A stretch of 64,000 bases of DNA from Candidatus Bathyarchaeota archaeon. GTDB lineage: Archaea > Thermoproteota > Bathyarchaeia > 40CM-2-53-6. A program made the position numbers and the translations under genes. The first letter of the stretch is position 1, and every line of letters begins with the position of its first letter. A model generated the notes under the pieces. It was not told where the DNA came from. It worked only from the letters and a program-made list of their open reading frames with translations, and did no database searches. The stretch is from NCBI GenBank assembly GCA_963733055.1, contig CAVTBR010000001.1:32001-96000 (forward strand), read 5' to 3'. Positions 9,953 to 17,965 of the stretch are shown piece after piece.

Positions 9953-10516
9953 ATGGAATCCCGAGATTCGATTGCTGAAGTGTCAAGCGAGGTAGTCGGT
10001 TGTACCAAATGCCGACTGTGTGAGACTCGACGAAAAGCAGTTCCGGGCGAAGGTCTGGAAAGATCAAGGGTCATATTCATAGGAGAAGCGCCGGGCGAAC
10101 AAGAGGATGCTCAAGGGCGACCGTTTGTCGGGGCCGCCGGAAAACTGTTGACCGAACTCCTAGTATCAGTTGGTTTGAGGCGGGAGGATGTTTACATTAC
10201 GAACATTGTCAAATGTAGGCCTCCGAACAATCGGCCTCCAAGAAAAGATGAATCATCCGCGTGTAGGCCTTACCTAGACCGGCAGATCAGTTTGATTGCT
10301 CCACGGATTATCTGCCCGATGGGGAACTCCGCAATCCACGCGTTAATGGATTCAGATAAGGGCGTGACGGATCTGCATGGGATGCCGCTTGAGATCGGGC
10401 AAGTTACCTTCTTTCCCATGTATCATCCAGCCGCTGCCCTCTACACCTTCCAGTTGAGGAAGGTGATGGAGGAGGATTTCAAACAGTTAAAGAGGTTATT
10501 GAATACTTACGGCTAA
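9953..10516 (+). CDS. udg: uracil-DNA glycosylase family 4; 3' end supplied by integrated element
   Basis: CTKCRLC Fe-S ligands, GEAPG, GRPFVG, KCRPPNNR, YHPAA. Confidence 0.93.
   Translation: MESRDSIAEVSSEVVGCTKCRLCETRRKAVPGEGLERSRVIFIGEAPGEQEDAQGRPFVGAAGKLLTELLVSVGLRREDVYITNIVKCRPPNNRPPRKDESSACRPYLDRQISLIAPRIICPMGNSAIHALMDSDKGVTDLHGMPLEIGQVTFFPMYHPAAALYTFQLRKVMEEDFKQLKRLLNTYG
10472..10481 (+). repeat. attL core GAGGATTTCA
   Basis: Identical to 16825-16834; in frame in udg (E-D-F). Confidence 0.85.
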
Positions 10517-10568
10517 GGCCGCTTTAGCGGGTATTAGGGATTCGCTGAACTACATGGAAGATTAACCC

Positions 10569-10596
10569 AAAAAAAAGAGGGTGGGCCGTTAAGCCC
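10569..10596 (-). terminator. hairpin plus U-tract terminator
   Basis: GGGC-TTAACG-GCCC then T8 on the minus strand, just after the stop of ORF 10605-10931. Confidence 0.55.
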
Positions 10597-10604
10597 GAAA
10601 CTCA

Positions 10605-10931
10605 TTACTTCTTAACGTATTTGGATGGGAACACGTACACGTCCGCACCTGACTTCCTAACCGCTACTGGGGGCTGTTTACCTTTAGGCGTAGTCTTACT
10701 TACCCTGCCTTTAATCGCTAGATACACGTTCGTTGCCCTATCAGCAGAGTTAAGACTAAGCTTAACCGTCTTAGTTTTGCCGTCGTTAATTAACGGGTCG
10801 TAGTCGCTTGAACGGTGGGCTTCAAGCACATTATCGGGCGGCGCAGGTAGAGTTTCAGTGTTAACTAAACCTTTAATCTGATACATCTGCGGCTTACCTT
10901 TATCGGAACCCGTATTCGCTGCCATAGCCAT
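10605..10931 (-). CDS. element hypothetical protein (basic, possibly DNA-binding)
   Basis: GGGGTGA ribosome-binding site upstream, terminator downstream, Lys-rich. Confidence 0.7.
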   Translation of the reverse strand: MAMAANTGSDKGKPQMYQIKGLVNTETLPAPPDNVLEAHRSSDYDPLINDGKTKTVKLSLNSADRATNVYLAIKGRVSKTTPKGKQPPVAVRKSGADVYVFPSKYVKK

Positions 10932-11058
10932 AAATCCAATTCACCCCCCGCACACTAAACATACCACCTCTACCCACACTAACATAATAAGCGTATTGAC
11001 TAAAGTCACTTTAAGTGAACCTTAACCTTGCCTCCTTAAACGTCTAGGCTTGCAGGCA

Positions 11059-11160
11059 TGTTAACGTGCTTACCCGTAAAACCGTGTATTTACCTCGTTA
11101 AACTCTGTATTCGTGTTTCATGCACCTTTGTTAACGGTACCGGTAAAACCCGTGTTTACC
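11059..11160. repeat. two imperfect direct repeats TGTTAACG..TACC.GTAAAACC(C)GTGT(A)TTTACC
   Basis: Copies at about 11059-11094 and 11129-11160. Confidence 0.55.
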
Positions 11161-11420
11161 CGCTTATTTCAGCTAACGGAGGCCACTTTGACCCCCGATT
11201 ACCTTCAGCAGGCAAAGAGTTGGCTGCATACTTGCTTGTGTATGGTAATACTATAGGGTTACTGGTTGCTAAAGCAACTTGAGTTGCTATACGGCATAGT
11301 AGGCTGCTGTTAGGTTACCTGCATTTACGGTTACCCTCCCCCATTACTCTAATGTACTATAGTGTACGTGGGAGGTTTATTGTTGTGTTGCTGCTGTCTG
11401 CCCCGTGCTGCCGCCTCCAT

Positions 11421-11528
11421 GTGCCTCTTAGTGCCCTATCATAAGGTGCCTACGGGTGCCCTCATAGAGAAACAAGGTGCCTTACTGCTATCAGATCGTA
11501 ATAGTCAAGTAACGTATAGTATGGTGCC
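11421..11528. repeat. cluster of six GTGCC motifs (iteron-like)
   Basis: GTGCC at 11421, 11431, 11446, 11456, 11477, 11524. Confidence 0.5.
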
Positions 11529-12013
11529 TGCTGCTGGATGGTTTACGTTGGTGTGGCCTGCCCTCCACCCCACCTTAATCGTAGTCTTAGCCCGCCCACC
11601 AGCCCCCAGCGCCACCCGTAACGGATAACCACCCATACTATTTCACTTCACCCTAAACCCCTACTATTACACCTACTACAAATAAGGCTTGAGTAATAGC
11701 ATAGTTATATAATAAGAATAAGTTCTACTCCTTGCTATCCGTGCCTGTAACGTGATGTATGCTAACCTAAGGTTTCCTTACGGAATTTATGGGTTCCGAA
11801 CTGGGTTTAAGGGAAGATTAGGGTTTATTGGCCCAAAAAATTTTTTGGTTCTATAGGACCTTCCCCTTTTTAGGTGAATTATGGTTGATTATGGTTATTT
11901 ATGTCTGTTTTAGCTTAACATCATGTTTGTTTAATCATACGTGACGCCATGTAACGACAAAGGACGTGTATTGACGGGAAAAGGCTGTATGTGGGAGGTT
12001 CTTCCTCCCTAGT

Positions 12014-12481
12014 GTGGGGCGGACAAATATGCCTCGTCCAACTCCACGCCTCACTCACGGTCTAATTATTTTAGGAGAAAGATTTTGTTTGAACCGTAAA
12101 AATAGTAAGCCGAATTGCTTTAGTAGGATTCGACCTTCAATCGCTCAGCAGCTCCAAGCCGTCGATCTTCTCGTGCAATTGTTTGGTAGAGTCATCAGTT
12201 GTCCTAAGTGTGGTAAGGCCGGTCGAATCAGCGTTAACCGAACTAACCATTACGCTGTGTATCGTTGCCGTGTCGGGTTAACGCCCACCCATCCGAAGCT
12301 CTGTAGCCTCGGCGTTTTTGACGGACGATTTCTACTTAACGACCCTGAAGGGTCAGAAGCCGTTCAAAGGCTGTGGCAACTGTTCCGGAACGTTGTTAGG
12401 CCGCTGGCTTTGTCGGTTGCTGAACGATCGCTGCTTGTTAAGATAAGAACGTACTCGAATAAGAAAGAAGGTGATAATTAA
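12014..12481 (+). CDS. zinc-finger protein of element
   Basis: CPKCG...HYAVYRC...HPKLCSLG; start uncertain. Confidence 0.6.
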   Translation: MGRTNMPRPTPRLTHGLIILGERFCLNRKNSKPNCFSRIRPSIAQQLQAVDLLVQLFGRVISCPKCGKAGRISVNRTNHYAVYRCRVGLTPTHPKLCSLGVFDGRFLLNDPEGSEAVQRLWQLFRNVVRPLALSVAERSLLVKIRTYSNKKEGDN

Positions 12482-13012
12482 ATGACAAATGAAATTAAGA
12501 AAGATGATGGAGCCTCCGAGCACCCCCCAGCAGGGAGTTGGGCTGAAGCAGCATGGGCTTACCAAAGACACCAAGAGGCCACGCAGCCTAAACCAGCTAC
12601 TCCACCTTACGGTTTCACAACGGAACAAGCTTCAAGGTTCAACCTTTTGGAAAACCTGAAGACCGCCCGTGAGAACCTACAGCAGAAATTGGAGGCTGAA
12701 GCCCCAGACATCAGTCGATTAGATGATACTACGCCGCTTACAGGCACGCCTTACACCTTGCTAACCTTTCCGGATACCGACACGATGGATCACTGGGTTT
12801 CAAACGCCGCCCCTAATATTCGGGTTTGGAAGACAGGAAAAAGTTCCTACAACATCTCTGTCTGGTGCATCGTATCTTACAACAACACTTCGGCCGGTAA
12901 GTTGCCGAGCGTGCCCGACCCAGAGAAGGACTTACGTAATAGTGGCCGTGACCAACCAGAGAATCCTTCTAACAGCCAGTCCGGCGGAGCAACCGACAAC
13001 GACTTTCCTTAA
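12482..13012 (+). CDS. element hypothetical protein
   Basis: GGTGA RBS and ATG abutting previous stop; short coiled-coil-like segment. Confidence 0.75.
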   Translation: MTNEIKKDDGASEHPPAGSWAEAAWAYQRHQEATQPKPATPPYGFTTEQASRFNLLENLKTARENLQQKLEAEAPDISRLDDTTPLTGTPYTLLTFPDTDTMDHWVSNAAPNIRVWKTGKSSYNISVWCIVSYNNTSAGKLPSVPDPEKDLRNSGRDQPENPSNSQSGGATDNDFP

Positions 13013-13076
13013 CCTCCCCTAATTCCTCCGTTCTTTTTTGGAGGCATATTTCCGTTAAAATGAATGTGAGTATGAA

Positions 13077-13370
13077 ATGAGTATTCTTGATTTAATTCGA
13101 CGTGGCCTTCCTCATATCTCGATTACTTATGGTAACGCCCCTACAGCCACTGCGCCTACTACTCCGCCGACACCTATAGTAACTAAACCGCCATTGCCAG
13201 TTAAGCCCCCGAAAATCACACACTTCAAGGATGGAAGCTGTCGTTTTGATTTTCCGGATTCGGAAAGTCAGCAGGCTTGGTTATTGGCCCACAGTGGCCG
13301 TCCACTAATTTTCCAAATTGCACCTGAACGGACGACTACCGCTTTTGTCCTCAGCGGGGTAGACAGGTAG
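13077..13370 (+). CDS. element hypothetical protein, Pro/Thr-rich linker
   Basis: ATG-start ORF collinear with neighbours. Confidence 0.65.
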   Translation: MSILDLIRRGLPHISITYGNAPTATAPTTPPTPIVTKPPLPVKPPKITHFKDGSCRFDFPDSESQQAWLLAHSGRPLIFQIAPERTTTAFVLSGVDR

Positions 13371-13380
13371 GTAGTCTAGC

Positions 13381-13530
13381 ATGGAATCGAAAACGTATCG
13401 CTGTTCCCGCTGTGGCAGAACCGTAAGTGCCCCGAAGAACATTTACAGTTTCACGGACCAAGCCAACGTGAGGCGTAGGCTGCATAGAGCCGACTGTGGG
13501 TTGCTTAAAGCCGTAAAAAGGGGTGAGTGA
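13381..13530 (+). CDS. small zinc-finger protein (49 aa, CxxC...HxxxC)
   Basis: Translated by hand: MESKTYRCSRCGRTVSAPKNIYSFTDQANVRRRLHRADCGLLKAVKRGE. Confidence 0.6.
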   Translation: MESKTYRCSRCGRTVSAPKNIYSFTDQANVRRRLHRADCGLLKAVKRGE

Positions 13531-13686
13531 AACTTAACAAATCATCTAACCGTATTTACCGACCTTCCATCTGCTCAAGCTATGGCTGGCGTTACCGGAA
13601 CCGTCGTGTCCGTGTGGAGTAACGCAACTATGAGTCAAATCCTCATTCTCTGGCACGATTAAGGCTGATTTCCGGGGTTCTTAACC

Positions 13687-14556
13687 TTGAGTGAACAAAT
13701 AGAGGAATACACTAAAGATTACGGCTACAATAGTAGCTTCCGCTCTGCTGAACCACCGAACAGGCTACCTGAACCCGTTAGGCAACTGATTCTACAAGGA
13801 GCATACGGACCCACTCCACCGGAACCTAACAACCAGAATGAAATTATTGGCCGTGAAGGCGTTCTTAGAACCCTACACAGCTTGAAGCATCAAGGCTTCA
13901 CCCGCCGCCTAGTTAATCAGGACCGAAACAACGATGAGAAAGCTCACCCCGACATCTTAGCTTACCATCCAGCATTAGGCTGGGTTCAAGCTGAAACCCA
14001 CTTCTACATTAAAACCCGCTACGTAGACGACCAGTTAAGCATCCGGAAGAATATTCGAAAAGCATGGTTCCAAAACTTACCTAAATTCGTAGTCATGATA
14101 TGGCAAACCCCCTACGCTTACTCAGCCCAACATAACCTACTCCTACACGGAATAGGCTTATGGAACGGCCTAAACGAACTAACCGGCCTAACCGACGAGG
14201 GGGTGTGTGTTGTACAAGGACAGTGTGAAGGTGTCTGTATTGATAGTAAACGGGGTCAGAGAGAGGGTTTGAGTGAAGGTAAACGTGCTGTGGAAGGTTA
14301 CTTACAGGGGGAAGGTCAGTGTAATGGGTACTGTAATAGCGGTTATAGTACTGATGTAAGTAACGACGACGTTTATGGTGGGGTTGGTGCCCCTCGCCGG
14401 AGGCTCCCTATTGCTGGTTTAGAATCATCTCATAAGCACTTCAACGGGGTAGGCCGTAACCGGTCGTACTGTGATGGCCTGCAGGGTTATTGTGAGCATG
14501 GTTACTGTAAAGGGTACTGCATGTGGGGGGCTTGTAACGTTAGGTGGGTTAACTGA
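13687..14556 (+). CDS. putative PD-(D/E)xK-like nuclease with Gly/Cys-rich tail
   Basis: 'GREGVLRTLHSLKHQGF...HPDILAYH...VQAETH' resembles the restriction-endonuclease core; Lys position atypical. Confidence 0.5.
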   Translation: MSEQIEEYTKDYGYNSSFRSAEPPNRLPEPVRQLILQGAYGPTPPEPNNQNEIIGREGVLRTLHSLKHQGFTRRLVNQDRNNDEKAHPDILAYHPALGWVQAETHFYIKTRYVDDQLSIRKNIRKAWFQNLPKFVVMIWQTPYAYSAQHNLLLHGIGLWNGLNELTGLTDEGVCVVQGQCEGVCIDSKRGQREGLSEGKRAVEGYLQGEGQCNGYCNSGYSTDVSNDDVYGGVGAPRRRLPIAGLESSHKHFNGVGRNRSYCDGLQGYCEHGYCKGYCMWGACNVRWVN

Positions 14557-14605
14557 TGTTGATGTTGTTCATGATTGGTCTGAACCGTTTATTTATTTCA
14601 TCATG

Positions 14606-14867
14606 GTCACGGCTTAGTGGTTGTTTCCAGAAATGGTTTTTTCCTTAAGCCTGACATGCCGGGTCGGTTGCTTCATCTCCTCCGATTCGGCGGCGGGTTG
14701 AGTTTCACTTCAGGGGCAACCCGTTCCTAGTTTCTTCCTTCCTTCCCAGTCACGGCTTGAGTAGTTGCTTCTTAAGCCGGACAAGTGCTGAGCCGGTTGG
14801 CTTTATCTCCTTTCGGCTCTGGCCGGGTTGTTTGCTTCCGACGTGTTCGTTGGAGCAACTTAACCCG
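14606..14867 (+). ncRNA. candidate structured RNA: two ~118-nt units of three hairpins each
   Basis: Units 14606-14723 and 14749-14867 conserve stems while sequence and loops differ; G-T wobble pairs favour the + strand. Confidence 0.45.
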
Positions 14868-14871
14868 CCTA

Positions 14872-16245
14872 CTATTTTATTGGTTTTAAGTGTTTGAGCG
14901 GTAGCGCTGAAGCTGAAGGAAGAGGCTTACTACTCCTCCGTTTCTTCTTGAGTGGTTTCGGTTTAGGTTGTGCTGCTGACGATTCCACGACTTCAGCGGC
15001 TACTCCTAATCTACTCAGGCGATTAATGAGTTTCTGCTGCTCCCAGCGCATGCGTTCGTTGTTAGGGTCGTCTGGTGTGGGGTCCTCGGCTATGGCTATT
15101 TGCACCATGTCTAATTGCTCCTTCAAATTCACAATAACTTCGTCTTTGAGAAGTTTGTTTTCTTCTTGGAAGCTGGTTAACTGCTGGGTCATAGCTTTGA
15201 CTTCGCCCTGTAGTGTGGGGTTCTCTGCGTCCACGTAAGCCCGCCACTTCATCCATTCTGCCTTAACCTGTTCTGGCTTGTGTAGTAGCTGTAGGTACAT
15301 GTTCTTGTCTACTACGTGACCGGTCATGAACTGTAGGTACACTTGGTTAATCTTAGCGTCTGTTAGTCCGTCCGTGACCATCAGGTCCCTGAAGAAATGT
15401 GGCCTAGTCGTTTCCTTTATGCCCGCTCGCTTACGGGCCATATGCCAAGGCTTAAGGTAGTGCCATCCCCGTATAGCTTCTTTACGGCCTTGCCCGCCAT
15501 GTACTCTAACCATCCATGGGGCAGGCTCATTAACGAATGGTGTTAACACTTTGGCCGGTATGAATGTGAAGTAGCCTTGTTCCTGACTCTTACGGAAGTT
15601 ATAGCTTAACATGATAGCTTCGTTAGGTTCTCTTGCCGCCTTTACCTGTTCTACTAGCTGAGGCCACATTTTGTTGATGAGTAGGGCTTCACGTCTGCCT
15701 AATCCACCGTACATCATAGCCGAGAATAGTTCACGGTATGGCGTCTTACAGGCCGATATAGTGGCTTTGGCTTGAGCTAGTGGCATGTAGGTAACTTTAG
15801 GTTCTATTGCTTGTTCGTCTGTGTGGTTCTCTACTATGTGGAATGTTTCAGGCGGCAGAGCCGCCCTATTATGTTTATAGAACGCCTTAATGGCGGCATA
15901 TAATAGCTCCTTACGCTTACGGCTTAACTCCGCTATGAGTGTGGTTTTATCATGTCTTTTACCGCTGGGATATAGCCTTGAGGTCTTAACTATCCCTGAT
16001 AAGATGAACTGCTGGGCTTGGTCTAGTGCCTTGTAACCGTCTGGGTCTACTTCCCTGTTCTGTCTCTCTGTAAGTAGTAGGTCAGGTGATTTACCTATGC
16101 CTGTACAATATTGGTATATGGCGTAGCTGTAAGAGTCTCGGCTAGACTCGGCCCCTAGCCTACTAAGGAACCTCTGCATACTAGCGTTAGCTTCAATGAA
16201 CGGTTTACCTATCTCGCCTTCGTGGAATAACCCTGAACGGCTCAA
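14872..16245 (-). CDS. tyrosine recombinase/integrase
   Basis: GGLGRRE box I (atypical), RK..YFTFI, RPHFFRD (HxxR), MTGH, downstream Tyr (NMY); N-terminal core-binding-like domain. Confidence 0.88.
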   Translation of the reverse strand: MSRSGLFHEGEIGKPFIEANASMQRFLSRLGAESSRDSYSYAIYQYCTGIGKSPDLLLTERQNREVDPDGYKALDQAQQFILSGIVKTSRLYPSGKRHDKTTLIAELSRKRKELLYAAIKAFYKHNRAALPPETFHIVENHTDEQAIEPKVTYMPLAQAKATISACKTPYRELFSAMMYGGLGRREALLINKMWPQLVEQVKAAREPNEAIMLSYNFRKSQEQGYFTFIPAKVLTPFVNEPAPWMVRVHGGQGRKEAIRGWHYLKPWHMARKRAGIKETTRPHFFRDLMVTDGLTDAKINQVYLQFMTGHVVDKNMYLQLLHKPEQVKAEWMKWRAYVDAENPTLQGEVKAMTQQLTSFQEENKLLKDEVIVNLKEQLDMVQIAIAEDPTPDDPNNERMRWEQQKLINRLSRLGVAAEVVESSAAQPKPKPLKKKRRSSKPLPSASALPLKHLKPIK

Positions 16246-16769
16246 AGCCCTAACCTCATTAGTGGGATGGGGGTTGGCCCCTTGTCGGCTGAAGCCGCTT
16301 TAGCGGGGCCGTGTCTATCCTGTATATTTCTCCTAAGCTGAAATATGCAGGGTAGGCACAGCCATTCATCTGTCTCGCTGTTATGGTAGAGGGTTCTGAA
16401 GAGGCCGCACTTCTCACATGATGTCGGCTTATGGCCTGTGCTTATGCTAGTCAGGGCCATGGGCGGCGTACTCTGATATGTCGTGGTACTCTGCCAGCAT
16501 CTTAGACCGGTGGGCCTTGCCCTTACAATGGCATGTCTGCGGGTTGAAGCTAACCAAAGGTTAGCTTTAGCTAACCCTTTACAGCGGACATTATGGGCGT
16601 GCTGACAGGGGCCGCTCTTACACTCTCGGCGGTTCATGTAGTCGGCTAGTTCTTGAGGTAGCTCATCGGTACTAGGCTCCGGGGACACAACAACCGGAGC
16701 CAAGAATATCGGGCCGCTTTGAAACCGTAAGGTTCCATAGCGGTCTATCGTCGGTAGTTCTCGGTTCAA
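16242..16769 (-). CDS. Cys/His-rich zinc-finger protein coupled to integrase
   Basis: CEKC...CLPC; 4-bp overlap with integrase start; start uncertain. Confidence 0.55.
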   Translation of the reverse strand: MNRELPTIDRYGTLRFQSGPIFLAPVVVSPEPSTDELPQELADYMNRRECKSGPCQHAHNVRCKGLAKANLWLASTRRHAIVRARPTGLRCWQSTTTYQSTPPMALTSISTGHKPTSCEKCGLFRTLYHNSETDEWLCLPCIFQLRRNIQDRHGPAKAASADKGPTPIPLMRLGL

Positions 16770-16824
16770 GGTTTTTGCCTCAAACCTACCCTACTTCATT
16801 CAGGAATAAAAAAGTATGGATAAA

Positions 16825-16872
16825 GAGGATTTCAGGAAACTTCGCGGGCTTCTAGATTCCATATCCAGTTGA
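16825..16872 (+). pseudogene. attR plus displaced original 3' end of udg
   Basis: Reads EDFRKLRGLLDSISS*, similar to current udg tail EDFKQLKRLLNTYG*. Confidence 0.8.
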
Positions 16873-16874
16873 GA

Positions 16875-17852
16875 TCAGTCTTCTTCGAAGGTTGGTTTGT
16901 TCCCGAGAACGCCATCGATTCTTTCCATAACTTCTTTGCTGAGGTTCTCAATTATTGCCTCGGCCTTCATGTTCTCAGTTACCTGTTCTGAACGTGTTGC
17001 GCCGGTGATGACGGTGCTTACGTTCGGGTTCTTGAGGCACCACGCCAAAGCTAGCTGAGCCAACGTGCAATTCAGAGATTTCGCTATCGGTTCCAATTTC
17101 TTGACTCTTTCAAGGTTCTGTGGCGTGAGGATGTATTCTTTGAGCCATTCGTAGCCTTGGAGTGAAGCTCGTGTGCCGTGCGGTATCCCACTGTTGTATT
17201 TGCCGGTAAGAAGCCCCGATGCTAGGGGGCTCCAGATTGTTGTTCCCAACCCAATTTCCCGGTATAGGGGTAAGTATTCTTTCTCGACCCTGTCTCGGTG
17301 GAGCATGTTGTATTGTGGTTGTTCCATTTGTGGTGGCGTAAGGTGATATTCACGTGCAATTGCGTGGGCGCGCATTATGTCGGCGGCATTCCATTCCGAT
17401 GTCCCCCAGTACAATACCAAACCCTGGTGAATTAGATCGTCCATGGCGCGGACCGTTTCTTCAATAGGGGTCGTGGGGTCGGGGCGATGGCAGAAGAAGA
17501 GGTCAAGATAGTCAAGCTGTAACCGTTTCAGGGAGCGTCGGCATGCTTCGTAAATGTGTTTGCGCGATAAACCTCGGTCGTTGGGCCCTTCGCCGCCCCA
17601 GAAAACTTTGCTCGACACCACAAAGCTCTCTCGTGGCCATCCGGTTTTCTTCAAAACATTGCCCATGACCGTTTCTGCGTTCCCATTCGCGTATGCTTCG
17701 GCGTTATCAAAGAAGTTTACCCCCGCCTCATAGGCCGCGGACATACACTTCAAAGCCACCTCTTCACCAACCTGGCCTCCATACGTAACCCACGCGCCGA
17801 GGGATAATTCACTGAGTTTCAATCCCGAGCTGCCGAGACGACGATAGTTCAT
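16875..17852 (-). CDS. aldo/keto reductase (Kv-beta-like)
   Basis: [48 protein letters not shown]. Confidence 0.93.
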   Translation of the reverse strand: MNYRRLGSSGLKLSELSLGAWVTYGGQVGEEVALKCMSAAYEAGVNFFDNAEAYANGNAETVMGNVLKKTGWPRESFVVSSKVFWGGEGPNDRGLSRKHIYEACRRSLKRLQLDYLDLFFCHRPDPTTPIEETVRAMDDLIHQGLVLYWGTSEWNAADIMRAHAIAREYHLTPPQMEQPQYNMLHRDRVEKEYLPLYREIGLGTTIWSPLASGLLTGKYNSGIPHGTRASLQGYEWLKEYILTPQNLERVKKLEPIAKSLNCTLAQLALAWCLKNPNVSTVITGATRSEQVTENMKAEAIIENLSKEVMERIDGVLGNKPTFEED

Positions 17853-17965
17853 TCTCGATTCACAAGGCGATGAATAAGGAGGGAATATTAAAGCAATGAC
17901 GCTGCACGAAGGCGGGGTTCTTTGGGAAACATCTTATTTCCATACAGACTCACAAACTACTCGCT

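Larger units (their letters stand above)
10472..16834. mobile_element. integrated tyrosine-recombinase element (~6.35 kb) in udg 3' end
   Basis: Direct repeat GAGGATTTCA at both ends; displaced udg tail after right copy; integrase; ORFan content; visibly different composition. Confidence 0.88.

Noticed and set aside
11058-11628. ORFs 11058-11282 and 11362-11628
   Set aside because: No RBS or protein-like features; they run through DNA repeat motifs and are probably spurious.
14606-14867. CRISPR mini-array or known ribozyme
   Set aside because: No identical repeats with unique spacers, no cas genes, and no hammerhead or HDV consensus recognised.
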